In this document: positions 30,004-40,785 of the stretch, piece by piece
Numbering within the stretch: position 1 is the first letter of the stretch
Layout of the letters: every line of letters starts with the position of its first letter
Virus record (IMG/VR): IMGVR_UViG_3300037455_000173
Location: 32,001-96,000 of that record
DNA length: 64,000 nt
Origin: a virus
Lineage: Duplodnaviria > Caudoviricetes
Reading direction: 5' to 3' (one strand)
Notes under the pieces: generated by a model
What the model was told of the DNA's origin: nothing
Seen by the model: the letters and a program-made list of their open reading frames with translations, nothing else
Database searches by the model: none
Translations under genes and position numbers: made by a program

Positions 30004-30364
30004 TACCTCCCGTTATATCTACGCCTGTATCTTTGGCTTCGCTCTCTATCCAACTATCATAGATTTCAGTTTCTTCATCGGTAAGGCTTCGCATAGTATT
30101 GTCTGTATCTTTCCGTTCATCATAATAGGATATGGTTAGCCTATCTAATGAGATATCTGTACATAATCCAGATAGTAGTATTTCGCTTATATATTTCTGA
30201 CAGCAGTTGACGCCGCAAAACTCTTGATAATGCGTGTGATTATCAACAACGTCTTTAACCTTATACACTTTCAGAAATGAATTGTTCTTAGAAATATTTT
30301 CTTTTCTGCCTTTATATACCGCACCGCAATAGTCACAGGTAAATATTTCCCATTGTTCTCTCAT
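29990..30364 (-). CDS. Hypothetical zinc-finger protein
   Basis: CDYCG..FCGVNC. Confidence 0.55.
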   Translation of the reverse strand: MREQWEIFTCDYCGAVYKGRKENISKNNSFLKVYKVKDVVDNHTHYQEFCGVNCCQKYISEILLSGLCTDISLDRLTISYYDERKDTDNTMRSLTDEETEIYDSWIESEAKDTGVDITGGSEDG

Positions 30365-30801
30365 TTCAATCCTCCATTGGGATTCTCCATCGGCTTAAAT
30401 TCTGCACCTTCATACTTAGGGGGTTCAGGAAGCGGTTGCCAGTGTGTGACTTCTCCCCATTCATACATGGTCTTATCATCATCAGTTGTCCAATAATTAC
30501 CATCTTCAGCATCATAGCAGTAATACGCAACAGCGCATCTACCATTGTCTCTCAGAATAAGAACTGATTCAGATGTCATACTTCTTCTATCTACTATAGG
30601 CGGTGGATTCTTTTGAGCATTTATCCACCTATCAACAAGCTGTACGTTTGTGGACTTCTTCTCGATACATTCAGTCATACAGTCAATTGCTACATTATAG
30701 CTTTCTGTTCTAATACAGTCAAGTCGCATGAAGTTATAGCTAAAATCACGCTGCGCTCTTTCTATATCGTCTACCGTCCAATTAAACTCAGCCATGTTCA
30801 T
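30361..30801 (-). CDS. DUF551-like protein
   Basis: RWI....PP...VTHWQPLPEPP. Confidence 0.75.
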   Translation of the reverse strand: MNMAEFNWTVDDIERAQRDFSYNFMRLDCIRTESYNVAIDCMTECIEKKSTNVQLVDRWINAQKNPPPIVDRRSMTSESVLILRDNGRCAVAYYCYDAEDGNYWTTDDDKTMYEWGEVTHWQPLPEPPKYEGAEFKPMENPNGGLK

Positions 30802-31202
30802 TCCTCCTTAGCTTTATACTCTGCAACGAGCCGTCTTAGCGTGTCGCAGCGTCCTGCCTCGATTTCTTTAGCACAGACATTGCAGTTTCCGGTACAGATA
30901 TCTGTACCGCAAAAGTTCTGTTTCCACTTGCAGTTCTTGACTGCTTCTTGCAGCATCTCTTCGGTTAATTCTGGCATAATAGTACCTCCTTTCGTATCGA
31001 ACACACTCGGTACGATTACAATAGCATCATCAGGTAATCCGCGTTGTCTCAGAACGTCATGCCACCCGTCAGGGTCGCTTTCATACTGCTTACGAGTCAG
31101 GAACAGATGTACCTTCTTCGGTTTGCCGGGGTCGTGGAACATTCTAGCAGCGGCTTCCTCGAGTGCTTTCTTGAGTCCTTCTTTATACTTCTTGCTAGAC
31201 AC
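30798..31202 (-). CDS. Hypothetical protein
   Basis: Promoter plus AAGGAG RBS, GTG start. Confidence 0.6.
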   Translation of the reverse strand: MSSKKYKEGLKKALEEAAARMFHDPGKPKKVHLFLTRKQYESDPDGWHDVLRQRGLPDDAIVIVPSVFDTKGGTIMPELTEEMLQEAVKNCKWKQNFCGTDICTGNCNVCAKEIEAGRCDTLRRLVAEYKAKEE

Positions 31203-31357
31203 GGTATCAACTCCTTTACTGTATCTATATTATAACATATTGCGGTGTGAATAACGAAGTTGCGGTACGTATGATGTCTGGGATTTTGTGCAGAATCTGT
31301 GCTGCTGAAAAACCGGGAGTCGGGAGTCTGGGAGGTTTGGGAATCGGGAACGACTAC

Positions 31358-31441
31358 CTGACAGCTGACAACTGACAGCTGACAACTGACAGCTGACAAC
31401 TGACAGCTGACAACTGACAGCTGACAACTGACAGCTGACGG
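31358..31441. repeat. 12 tandem heptamers, alternating CTGACAG/CTGACAA
   Basis: Read directly; last unit CTGACGG; flanked by degenerate 7-8 bp periodic sequence. Confidence 0.95.
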
Positions 31442-31701
31442 TTCACAGCTTTACGGTTTAGTCAAACACCGATTTCTGGCGCTCAGCTTTCGGCTTCTAG
31501 CTCACAGCTTTAAGGTCCTGATTTCTAGCTCCCAGCTTTAAGGTTCAGGTAGCTGGATATGGAGACTTTTCTGAAAATTCCTGTCAGAGAAAAAACACAA
31601 AAAGCGGGTCCGTAGTATCGGAATACCGTTGAAAGGTATTTCAAAACCCGAATTTCTACCGGTATTTTCAGGCGGTTTTGCTGTGATATATCCGGTTAAA
31701 A

Positions 31702-31757
31702 CTTCGGTATCTGCTGCTAGATATGTTATATAACACATCTAGCACATATACTCGAAG
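31702..31757. promoter_or_regulatory. Dyad element CTTCG-N20-TATATA-N20-CGAAG
   Basis: Symmetric spacing; relatives at 39846-39902, 47064-47120 and 36792-36883. Confidence 0.65.
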
Positions 31758-31803
31758 CTCCTATAGCCTAAAGGAAAGGGCAGCTACCTGCTGCCCTGCT
31801 AGA

Positions 31804-32055
31804 TTAATCGGGGTAGCACGCTGCCCTTCGAGCGTCGGACCACTTTTTATACAGGTCAGCATCCTGCACAGCACTTGGGCCGTAGGCGTTGACACTTTCG
31901 GCGTTAACCTTGCCAGGTGTCTCGGCACACAGCAGACAGATGTCAAAAAGCAGACCGTCGGAGTCACGCTTCCAGCACAAACGCACGTTGATTGAGGTAG
32001 TGTCGCCACAGCACGCACACTTCGGACGGATTGAAAGAAGATTACGATTAGCCAT
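31804..32055 (-). CDS. Small Cys-containing early protein
   Basis: Own promoter, AGGAGGT RBS. Confidence 0.65.
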   Translation of the reverse strand: MANRNLLSIRPKCACCGDTTSINVRLCWKRDSDGLLFDICLLCAETPGKVNAESVNAYGPSAVQDADLYKKWSDARRAACYPD

Positions 32056-32142
32056 AATGTACCTCCTAGGTATGTTGAACATGGTTTACGTTTACTGTAC
32101 CTATATTATAACATACCTTAGGTTGAGAAAAGAAGATGCCAC

Positions 32143-32580
32143 TCAGATGAGCGGCATTCTCCACCAGGTTTTATAGTCGGTGTCGACCTTAATCTCTTCC
32201 GGGACTGCCCCGCACGTGTCTAAGAAGTAGAACGCGAGCTGTGCTGCTTGCTGCATCACTGTCGGGTGCATTGAAGCTCCTATGACCCGCAGTTCGACTT
32301 CCTTTAATGGTGCTGGGTCGTCGAGCCCTAACCCGTTTGCTATAATCTTCTTTGCCATGCGTATGCTGTCTTCGCACCTACCGTCTGGGTACCTCTGTAC
32401 CATTGTCAGTACAAACGCTGTGAACAGCACGTAGGCTTCCTCTCCTACGCCTGCGTCTTCGAGCTGCTGTGCGTACTCTGGTACGTACTTTGAAAAGCTA
32501 AAGCTGTTTGCCACGTTCTCCAACTCTTTTACTGCCAGGCTCCACGCTCTCTGCTTAAGCATTTCGATTACCTTTTCCAT
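32143..32580 (-). CDS. Hypothetical early protein
   Basis: AGGAGG RBS. Confidence 0.7.
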   Translation of the reverse strand: MEKVIEMLKQRAWSLAVKELENVANSFSFSKYVPEYAQQLEDAGVGEEAYVLFTAFVLTMVQRYPDGRCEDSIRMAKKIIANGLGLDDPAPLKEVELRVIGASMHPTVMQQAAQLAFYFLDTCGAVPEEIKVDTDYKTWWRMPLI

Positions 32581-32606
32581 ATATCCTCCTTATGGGTAGG
32601 GGCGTC

Positions 32607-32807
32607 TTATTTCGACGCCCTAAGCATTTCCCTGTAGTCTACACACACTGTTCTACGCCAGAACTTACCTGCTTCGGTGTTCTCGTGTATCTTTGCCCAA
32701 AGCTGTGGAAGTGTGTATCCGCAATCTGCTGCGTACTCTTCCACCTGGTACTTGACCGCTCTGTAAAGCTCAAGTCTCTGTGCCTTTGTCTTAAAAACAG
32801 TATCCAT
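32607..32807 (-). CDS. Hypothetical early protein
   Basis: Own promoter and RBS. Confidence 0.65.
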   Translation of the reverse strand: MDTVFKTKAQRLELYRAVKYQVEEYAADCGYTLPQLWAKIHENTEAGKFWRRTVCVDYREMLRASK

Positions 32808-33205
32808 AAGCTACCTCCTATTTGGTCTGGGACTTGTTTTATTGTATCTATATTATAACATATTTACGGTTGACTCACGAAGTTTCAAGTAGGGCGGTTC
32901 CCCGCCCCAGGCCTTAGCCCTGCTTAACTCTTTCGAGTGCTTTATAGTAATCGGACTCGTAACCCACTGTGCGGTTTGGGTTATCTATGCTGTAAATTCT
33001 GTAGTAACCTGCGCTCGCGATGTACTCTAATCTTAACATATAAAACCCTCCTTACGGTCGCTGGGTTGGACAAGCATTGCTCCCACTACTGCGAGAACTC
33101 GGGTTGTGGTTGTTGTGACCTACGCTACAATGCAACCGTCTTATCCAACCCACTATTGTTTTTACTGTACCTATATTATAACATACGCTGGTGCCCTAAA
33201 CGAAG

Positions 33206-33382
33206 TTAGAGCTGTCCTAGCTTGGCAAACAAGTTCCAAGCTAAGTACACGGGTTGCGCCTCGGTGTTGTGGATGACTATGTCTATGTAGGATATGACCA
33301 GCCATGCTAGCCATATCGTCACCAACGTCCACCAAAGTCTGTCCCATCTGAACCGTCTCTTCTTTCTTTTGTTCTTTGCCAT
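33206..33382 (-). CDS. Small membrane protein (58 aa)
   Basis: Not in track; AGGAGG RBS; MAKNKKKERRFRWDRLWWTLVTIWLAWLVISY. Confidence 0.55.
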   Translation of the reverse strand: MAKNKRKKRRFRWDRLWWTLVTIWLAWLVISYIDIVIHNTEAQPVYLAWNLFAKLGQL

Positions 33383-33710
33383 GTCTGCCTCCTACTTAAT
33401 AGGACTCCTTTGTAAAAAGGAGTGCGGGACCGATAACGACTGCCATTACACAAATAACTATACCCATAATACTTTCCTCCTAAGCCTAATGCTTTTGTCT
33501 GTGTGTTTTATTGTACCTATATTATAACACAGCTAGGTTAGGATTCCGAAGTTGGTTATAGCTTAATAATACCACAAACAAGGTGTGCATCTTAATACAC
33601 ACCTTTAGTTTGCTTATGGTTTGCTGTGGTTTTGCTTGAGGTAAACCCATACGATGTGTAATTACATTATTACACTACACCTCACGCATGCTGTAGCATG
33701 CTGTGTGGGC

Positions 33711-34235
33711 TTACAGGTTATGTTGCTCTTTAAAAGCATAGTAGTTCTGCCATGCTTTCCGAACTGCGTCTGCGGTAACCCCGTACTTATTGATGCTTAC
33801 CATCGCTTCGGAGTTTACCTTCTTCTGTACTCTGTTGTATCCGCCAAGCTTAGCAAGGAGTGCTATGCCCTTTCCTTCTGGTAGCTTATGAGCTCGAAGG
33901 TGTTCCTGCTCCGCCTTATTGTAGTATTCGGCAAAGAATGAAGCAGTTGCTTTAAGCTTGGCTAACACTTCTTCCGCGGTGTTCTCGGGCATCTTTTTAA
34001 TCTCTGCTAACCTGAAAGTGAACATTATTAAATCCGCGTCGATAGAGCTATGGGCATGCGGGAGCGGGCGAGAGCAGGAGTTTCGACGCTCCTGTCTCTC
34101 CTCTGCTTCCTCACGGTCTCTATCCAACCGCTCCTGTGCTTCCCTGTATGCCTTGGCATTGGCACGTGCCTGTATCTCAGCTAAACGCTCGGCATTGTGC
34201 ACGTCTTCGGGAGTCCACTGGAAACCGTTCGGCAT
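33711..34235 (-). CDS. Hypothetical early protein
   Basis: AGGAGG RBS. Confidence 0.65.
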   Translation of the reverse strand: MPNGFQWTPEDVHNAERLAEIQARANAKAYREAQERLDRDREEAEERQERRNSCSRPLPHAHSSIDADLIMFTFRLAEIKKMPENTAEEVLAKLKATASFFAEYYNKAEQEHLRAHKLPEGKGIALLAKLGGYNRVQKKVNSEAMVSINKYGVTADAVRKAWQNYYAFKEQHNL

Positions 34236-34236
34236 A

Positions 34237-34500
34237 TTAACCCTCCTTTAATTCGTACCAGTCCTGCTCAAAGCATCCGCCCTGGGTGTTGTGCTTGGCA
34301 TTGTTAAGAGCTGTTACCAGTCCCTTGCCAGACTTAGGCTCGGTGTTGACCTTACGACAGCCTGGGTAACCTGACCAGGACGCACCTGACTCGAGAGTGT
34401 ACCCGAACACTTCCTTAACCAGGTAATCCAAAGTGCCGGTGTACTCGTGTGCTCTGCCTCTGTGGTGGCATATGATTGTATACTCTTTCTTACCTGCCAT
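34237..34500 (-). CDS. Hypothetical early protein
   Basis: Own promoter and RBS. Confidence 0.7.
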   Translation of the reverse strand: MAGKKEYTIICHHRGRAHEYTGTLDYLVKEVFGYTLESGASWSGYPGCRKVNTEPKSGKGLVTALNNAKHNTQGGCFEQDWYELKEG

Positions 34501-34597
34501 ATTACCTACCTCCTGTACCTTGTTCGCGGTTTGTTTTTACTGTACCTATATTATAACATAATCCGGGTACAGCAACGAAGTTAGTTCTCGACTACTA

Positions 34598-34840
34598 TCA
34601 CGCGTCATAGACCTGATGCATCGCATCGTTCAGGTCATTTAGGTACACTGGCTCACAGCCGCGCTTCGACAGCTGCTCAGAAAACCATTTATAGGCTTTC
34701 ATCTGCAGACGGTCATCACGCCAAGAATAATACCAGACACGGTGTTTGTATTCGTCAGGCTCGGTAGCACGGATATCCCGAAGTGTCATGGCAATCTCGT
34801 CCACTGATTTCCACTGACGTTTCTCAAGATTGATACCCAT
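34598..34840 (-). CDS. Hypothetical early protein
   Basis: Start reassigned to MGINL. Confidence 0.6.
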   Translation of the reverse strand: MGINLEKRQWKSVDEIAMTLRDIRATEPDEYKHRVWYYSWRDDRLQMKAYKWFSEQLSKRGCEPVYLNDLNDAMHQVYDA

Positions 34841-34842
34841 GA

Positions 34843-35175
34843 TTACACCCCCGTCTCTTCCTTGATGTAGCAGTATTCGACATTCCAATTAAGATGGCAG
34901 ACGTACTGCTCAAGGCGTATGCCTATGTCCTTACCGTCCAGACAGTCAGCAAAGATTGAATTACCTATGTTCGACGGAATGAAGAACTTGTTGTGGTTTG
35001 TGAACGCATAGCTACGCTCTTTTACGGTATACTCCTTACCGAAGGTATCCTGGGTGATTACAGCTACCATCGTACACGTCTGCGGTCCTCCGCCCTTAGT
35101 CGTGATGTTGTACCGCTCGTTGAATTCGGTGAGGTACTTAACTGCCTCGTTCCAGGTCATTCTAGTCTTATCCAT
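34843..35175 (-). CDS. Hypothetical phage protein
   Basis: ERSY.F...NKFF.P..IG.SIFA.CLDG.D.GIRL. Confidence 0.7.
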   Translation of the reverse strand: MDKTRMTWNEAVKYLTEFNERYNITTKGGGPQTCTMVAVITQDTFGKEYTVKERSYAFTNHNKFFIPSNIGNSIFADCLDGKDIGIRLEQYVCHLNWNVEYCYIKEETGV

Positions 35176-35186
35176 ACCGTTCCTCC

Positions 35187-35363
35187 TTAACCTCCGCACA
35201 TGATGCGGTATCCGTTTCTGTTCTCTACGATTGTAAGGTCAAGAACCTCGTCGTCCCCAAAGTCTAAGGTCACATCGTGGTACTTGCCATCTTGTTCGTA
35301 ACCGGTCACCTTAAACTCTGCCGGGTAAATGTCCTTAAGGAAAGCAAACAAATCTTTCGGCAT
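35187..35363 (-). CDS. Hypothetical early protein
   Basis: Own promoter and RBS. Confidence 0.6.
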   Translation of the reverse strand: MPKDLFAFLKDIYPAEFKVTGYEQDGKYHDVTLDFGDDEVLDLTIVENRNGYRIMCGG

Positions 35364-35510
35364 ACTCCTACCTCCTGTACTGTCTGGGACTTGTTTTATT
35401 GTACCTATATTATAACACGATGCACGCCTGGAACACGAAGTTGCCACATGAGATAAAAAGAGCCCCAGCCTTTCGACTGGGGCAATATAAGGAGGTAGTA
35501 TCTATATAGA

Positions 35511-36065
35511 TTACTGGGCGTCTGCTACGTCGTAGGGGTCTGCTACTTCCTCTGCCTTAGGTGCTTCCTCTGCGGGAGCTTCGGGCTCTGGGTTGCCCCA
35601 TACACCTGATGTTACGCCTGCGTCTACCTGCTTGAGGAGGTCTGCCATATACTCGGCAAACAGTGCTACCCTGTCGGTTACCTCTACGTTGAAGGTCTTG
35701 GCATATCTTGCTGCGAAATCCGCGAATGTGCTTGCCATACCTCTTATCGGTGTGTTTGTCTCGACAAACTGTCTAATGTGACGAGCGTCTACCAGGTTGA
35801 TGAACTTATTGCTGGTTGCACCCTTGACTACTTCGCGAGGGTCTGCTCCTGCTGGAACTGTGATGTAGTCCCAGTACATAGCGTTGTACTTGTTACGAGT
35901 TGCGGTTATGAGGATAAGCTGGCGCTCCTCGTCTGCGGGCTTGATTACGTCGAGGAATCTAGGAAGTGTAGGAGCTGCAGGAGCCTCTGCTGTCTCTGGG
36001 ATGTCCTGGAGAACTACCTCTGTCTCGATAACCTCTGCCTGTGAATTAACATTCTTCTTAGCCAT
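35511..36065 (-). CDS. MAKKNV-family early protein, paralog 1
   Basis: Homologous to 42253..42828 and 47181..47708; own promoter, terminator downstream. Confidence 0.8.
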   Translation of the reverse strand: MAKKNVNSQAEVIETEVVLQDIPETAEAPAAPTLPRFLDVIKPADEERQLILITATRNKYNAMYWDYITVPAGADPREVVKGATSNKFINLVDARHIRQFVETNTPIRGMASTFADFAARYAKTFNVEVTDRVALFAEYMADLLKQVDAGVTSGVWGNPEPEAPAEEAPKAEEVADPYDVADAQ

Positions 36066-36167
36066 AATATGTACCTCCTAAGTACTCTTAAAGTCTTGTC
36101 CTGTAAGGACGTGTTCGTTTTACTGTACCTATATTGTAACACACGCTGGTGTGTACAACGAAGTTTG

Positions 36168-36536
36168 TTATTTGGGACCTCTTCTGCTGAACCTGTCAAA
36201 GTCCCTACCTACCTGTCTGCTTGTCTCGTCACGCTGGTCGTCAAACATCTTGAGAATTACTTCCTGCACAATACGGCATATCTCAAGTGCTGTAGGCGTA
36301 TGCCCTAAGGCAGTTGCCAGGGCCTCTCGCCCAGGTATGTTACGTGTCACACCTGCTATCGTACAGCTCATCGAGGTGTCTGGCTTTTGCTCAAATAACA
36401 CCTGCTGCTTGTGCTGTTTGCTATACATATAATATGTAAGCGTACCGCGGTTGAAACCAGCTCTGTTAATTGTAAGCCCAAGCGTGTCCTCAAAGAACTG
36501 TTTAAGCTGTAAGTCCTGCTTGTTTATCTCACCCAC
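36168..36536 (-). CDS. Hypothetical early protein
   Basis: Own promoter and RBS. Confidence 0.65.
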   Translation of the reverse strand: MGEINKQDLQLKQFFEDTLGLTINRAGFNRGTLTYYMYSKQHKQQVLFEQKPDTSMSCTIAGVTRNIPGREALATALGHTPTALEICRIVQEVILKMFDDQRDETSRQVGRDFDRFSRRGPK

Positions 36537-36803
36537 TGTCTACACCTCCTAGGACTTGTTTTACTGTACCATAAGTATAACACTTCGCGGTTTTAAAATA
36601 CGAAGTTCACGAACAGTAGCAGACTACACCGTTTACACGGTATTTATAGTAATGTAACTCCAATACAGTGCCGTAGCACGCTGGTGTTTGCTTGAGGTTT
36701 ATACACTACCTAGTGTAATTATACAATAAGCACAACCACGTGGTATACCACAGCATGCTGTGTCCGTGGTATTCACGGTGGATAGCGGGAGCTTCGAGTA
36801 AAA

Positions 36804-36857
36804 ATGTTAGATGTGTTAGATATGTTAGATGTGTTAGATATGTTAGATGTGTGATAT
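36804..36857. repeat. Tandem 9-mers RTGTTAGAT x5 plus one degenerate copy
   Basis: Inside a dyad-type element. Confidence 0.9.
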
Positions 36858-36933
36858 AACATAAATAGCATTTCTACTCGAAGCTCTACATAAATAAACA
36901 GGAGGGCTAACTTCGTGTTAGCCCTCCTTTGTA

Positions 36934-37368
36934 TTACTTGCCCATTACCTTTTTGTACACCTTGTCTACTTCGTTGTAGTCAAAGCTACCTCTTGTAAAC
37001 GTGTTAAACCTGTATGCTCTAAATTCGCCCTGCCCATGGGATTCGTCCCACATGTCTACTATTATATAGTTTCGTTTTCTCTGTCCTTCCCAACCTCCAC
37101 GTACTAAATAGCCTCCGTCCCAGTATATACAAGCGTCTGCCAGTGCCTCTCCCAGTTCCTGTTTAACATTAACCCAGCCTATAAGTTCGTAACCTGCGTT
37201 TCTAAACTCCTCCACCATCTGCTCGTCGTCTTTTCTCCACCTGTCGTCGTACTCTCCACCGTACTGTAATGCCATTTCTTCTAATGTCATTACGTTGTCC
37301 AAGTCAAAAAACCTGCCACTTATAACGCTCTTTGCTGTGTAACCCATCTCTGTAATCTTCTTTGCCAT
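36934..37368 (-). CDS. Hypothetical early protein
   Basis: Own promoter, TTAGGAGGT RBS, terminator 36901-36927. Confidence 0.7.
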   Translation of the reverse strand: MAKKITEMGYTAKSVISGRFFDLDNVMTLEEMALQYGGEYDDRWRKDDEQMVEEFRNAGYELIGWVNVKQELGEALADACIYWDGGYLVRGGWEGQRKRNYIIVDMWDESHGQGEFRAYRFNTFTRGSFDYNEVDKVYKKVMGK

Positions 37369-37649
37369 ACACGCTACCTCCTAAGTAACTTTACGCTGTT
37401 GTTCTAGTGTTTTATTGTACTTGTATTATAACATTTCCAGACGTAAAGCTCCGAAGTTTCACACCCTTGTTTGTATAGCGGAGCTTCGACGTTTTTCTAA
37501 AGATATGTTACAATCTTTACTGTAAACAGCACACGTAAAGATGGGTTTAGGTGCGCAAGTCGAAATTGATAAATTCGTTTAGCGCACCTAGCTATTATAT
37601 TATGTTACTGTAAACAGCACACGACGATAGGGCATAGCAGTTAAACCGA

Positions 37650-37988
37650 TTAAGTCCTACTTCTATGCTTAAGTCGAAACCTCGCAAGTAATCGTCTATA
37701 TCCACTAACGTCTGCGTCCTTAAACAGTTCAGGTTGTAAGAACGCTTCAGGTATGTCAACGTCGTCATGCTGTTGTTCGTCCTTCAGCACAAGCATGGGA
37801 ACAGAACCAATACGTCTTAACTCGTCAACCGTACCAACTACTTCAGGTAACCAATTAGCGTAGCACAGCAAATCTTGTGTGGATTGCCAGACGCGGTACA
37901 CCTGATTTAGCTTAGTAAGGTTTATCTTAAGGTCAGAGTTGCTGACGTATGTCCTACCCGTGCTATCAACTCGTAGTGAACACTTCAT
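37650..37988 (-). CDS. Hypothetical protein
   Basis: ATGA-coupled. Confidence 0.55.
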   Translation of the reverse strand: MKCSLRVDSTGRTYVSNSDLKINLTKLNQVYRVWQSTQDLLCYANWLPEVVGTVDELRRIGSVPMLVLKDEQQHDDVDIPEAFLQPELFKDADVSGYRRLLARFRLKHRSRT

Positions 37989-38323
37989 ACGTCAGGCGGC
38001 AGTGCTTCAAACTGCTTCAGTATCTCATCAAAATCAATGCCAAACTCTTCCTCTGCGTGCTTTACAAGTTCGACTGCTTGATAAGGTTGTATCCACGGTG
38101 CTGATGACGGCATACTCAGCATTACCTTTAGGTCATCGAATAGCTTCTGCTGTCTTTGCTTTTTCCAACCCTGTCTTTGTTCTAGTGCATACATCACCAA
38201 TGCGATTCCCTGAATAGCTCCTTCCAGGGTAGCACATTGATAGCGCGAGTTAAACTCGTCTTCGAGCTGCTTAGTAGCCATTTTCTTAAGCTGGTCTACC
38301 GATTGTATTCTTGCTTTCATCAA
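37985..38323 (-). CDS. Hypothetical protein
   Basis: AGGAGGT RBS. Confidence 0.65.
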   Translation of the reverse strand: MMKARIQSVDQLKKMATKQLEDEFNSRYQCATLEGAIQGIALVMYALEQRQGWKKQRQQKLFDDLKVMLSMPSSAPWIQPYQAVELVKHAEEEFGIDFDEILKQFEALPPDV

Positions 38324-38650
38324 TTACCTCCTACACGGCCAGCCGATATTACTGAGGTAATTGGGAAGGTCCTTGAGAGTAACATAGCGTTTCTCCTCAC
38401 GGTAGAAATCGCACAGTTCCTCACCTGACTCACGCTCTGCTATGTAATGAACATAGACAGCCAGATGAGGGTCACCACAAGGGTCACGTCTGGGTGAAAC
38501 CTCACCCAGTGTTATCTTCCTGTAGTTCGAGATAGAGCCGACAGCTCCTTTATATGCTACGTCAGCAGTAGGCTTGTCAACGGCTTCTATTCCAGCCTTA
38601 GCCAGGAATGAGATTGTGTCTGCCACGAGTTTGAGCTGAGCCTTATCCAT
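38324..38650 (-). CDS. Hypothetical early protein
   Basis: Own promoter and RBS. Confidence 0.65.
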   Translation of the reverse strand: MDKAQLKLVADTISFLAKAGIEAVDKPTADVAYKGAVGSISNYRKITLGEVSPRRDPCGDPHLAVYVHYIAERESGEELCDFYREEKRYVTLKDLPNYLSNIGWPCRR

Positions 38651-38956
38651 ACCAATACCTCCTAAGTAATGGGCTTGTGTTTTACTGTACCTATATTATA
38701 ACACATTACAGTGCGTGATACGAAGTTTCAAGATACACCCTTACCACCTAAGGGTGTATATCTGTCCGTCTGTGCCTTCTGCCTGCCAGGCTGTCGGGCC
38801 TATCGGCCATGCATTGACACATTCGATACCGTGCTCTTCCTTAAGGACTGCCAGAACATCCTGTCTAACGTCTTCCATACGCTACCTCCTAAGTACATCG
38901 GGGACTTGTTTTTTATTGTATCTATATTATAACACAGCTGAGCTTGGTAACCGAAG

Positions 38957-39349
38957 TTACCAAGGCTCGCTCTCGGAGATATCGTCGTCCCAGTACTCAG
39001 GGTTTATAAGCTCCTGCCCGAACATATTATACCACTGTCCGCACTTTGGACAAGGACAAGCACCCTGATACTGGTCGTACAACTCGACTTCCTCACCACA
39101 GCTACATATGCCACGAGCATTCTCGACGTATGTGTGCTCGTGCCTGGTAAATTCGTTGTAGGCTTCTGGGAACTTCTCCGGGTGTGCCATAGCCCACTTA
39201 TAGTTCTCGCGGGCTGCGTCTGTGGTAAGTTCGACATTACCAGCAGCGTCGCATGGGAATGTGAATCCGCCACATCCATCCTCGTAGGTAAACTCACGAC
39301 GATACGAGATTACGGTCTTCGGCTCTCTACATGCTGTAATTCTAAGCAT
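38957..39349 (-). CDS. Zinc-ribbon early protein
   Basis: C.CG.EV..CP.CGQWYN.FGQ.L. Confidence 0.7.
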   Translation of the reverse strand: MLRITACREPKTVISYRREFTYEDGCGGFTFPCDAAGNVELTTDAARENYKWAMAHPEKFPEAYNEFTRHEHTYVENARGICSCGEEVELYDQYQGACPCPKCGQWYNMFGQELINPEYWDDDISESEPW

Positions 39350-39364
39350 ACCTTACCTCCTATC

Positions 39365-39577
39365 TCAGAACGACAGGTCGTTCCACGCCAGTGCAGTTTC
39401 GTAGTTATGAAGAACATGCTTTCTAAATGTCTGACCATTGATGTCCTGCTGTACAGCTCTATGCCAAACTTCTGCCAGGTTAGCAGGCTCTGCGTAGCAC
39501 TTAGCTTCGTCTCTAGCCCACTGTTTGCAGGCTTTGTATAAAACTTCGGGGTTACCTATATCTCTCTTTTTACGCAT
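39365..39577 (-). CDS. Hypothetical early protein
   Basis: Own promoter and RBS. Confidence 0.6.
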   Translation of the reverse strand: MRKKRDIGNPEVLYKACKQWARDEAKCYAEPANLAEVWHRAVQQDINGQTFRKHVLHNYETALAWNDLSF

Positions 39578-39948
39578 ACGTACCTCCTATTTGGTCTGGG
39601 ACTTGTTTTATTGTACCTATATTATAACATATTCAAGACAGCATTACGAAGTTTTCTAACACCAACTGCACCAGTATTGTGGTTTACACGAGTACATAGA
39701 GTTACAAAAGCACACAGCACGCTAACGCATGCTGTGGTTTTTACGTTGTTGATGTATAAGTATACACCATATACAACCACGTGGTATACCACGTTTTGCG
39801 AGGTGAAGGATTTCGCAACTGCGGTGATAGTGGTGACTTTTAGAGCTTCGAGTTCCCATCGCGAAATGTGTTATATAACATATTTCTCACATAGAACTCG
39901 AATGTGTGAACACCAGGAAGTTGGGGCTCTTTCGAGCCCCTGCGTGTA

Positions 39949-40431
39949 TTAGGATTTAAGGTACATATCTACATACCTGTTGAATTCGACTACGGTGAGG
40001 TCCTCGTTGGTACTTGCGTTGTACCCGTTTACCCAGTCTATCTCCCGTCCGTCTACTACCTGCTTAAGACGTTCGATACCTTCCTTATCGGCATCAAAAC
40101 AATCTCCTGTATGACCTTCGATGCCTTCCTTAATGTAGAAAAATGTCTTGTCCGCGCCTACAATTGGCTGTATAGTTACCCGGCTTCGAGTATACTCGCT
40201 CTCTGTGTCGTCGGGTTCTTCGTACTCCCCGTCTTCCATTCTGTATGCGTAAGACTTCCGGAATATTTCGATAGACTGCCCTCCCCAGTCCTCGTCATAA
40301 CCTGCCCCATCGTCATACCAGAACTCCTCCCATGCTTCTTCGACAGTCTCAGGGTCCTGATTGTACTTCTCGGCCAGCTCTTTAACGGTAGCTTCGAGCT
40401 TATCTAACCATCTACGCATTTCCTTTATCAC
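39949..40431 (-). CDS. Acidic hypothetical protein
   Basis: C-terminal GREIDW..G.NA shared with neighbour. Confidence 0.65.
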   Translation of the reverse strand: MIKEMRRWLDKLEATVKELAEKYNQDPETVEEAWEEFWYDDGAGYDEDWGGQSIEIFRKSYAYRMEDGEYEEPDDTESEYTRSRVTIQPIVGADKTFFYIKEGIEGHTGDCFDADKEGIERLKQVVDGREIDWVNGYNASTNEDLTVVEFNRYVDMYLKS

Positions 40432-40712
40432 TCCGCATAGCCCTCCTTCTTACGCCAGTTCTCGTGCTCTTCGACGTCCTTATAATTCTTGACCATTGTC
40501 CTGAAAAAGCCTTCGGACACTTCTCGCTCCGCCCAGGCATTCTCACCTGGTAGCCATTCGATTTCCCTACCGTTGATGAACTTATACATCTCGGGTTTCT
40601 GCCATATGCCGAACCAACGGCATTCTGTGGCATGGTCTCCGTCCTTCGGAACTATCACACGGTATCCGTCACCACATATGTTCGCCTCTACAAGTACCAT
40701 TACCTTTGGCAT
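40428..40712 (-). CDS. Hypothetical early protein
   Basis: Start reassigned to MPKVMV behind AGGAGGT. Confidence 0.65.
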   Translation of the reverse strand: MPKVMVLVEANICGDGYRVIVPKDGDHATECRWFGIWQKPEMYKFINGREIEWLPGENAWAEREVSEGFFRTMVKNYKDVEEHENWRKKEGYAE

Positions 40713-40785
40713 ACACATACCTCCTTGTGCTGGGCTTACGTTTACTGTACCTATATTATAACATAACATAAGCCCAGCAACGAAG

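Noticed and set aside
31097-31427. ORFs with SCQLSAV repeats
   Set aside because: Translation of the heptamer tandem repeat; no RBS
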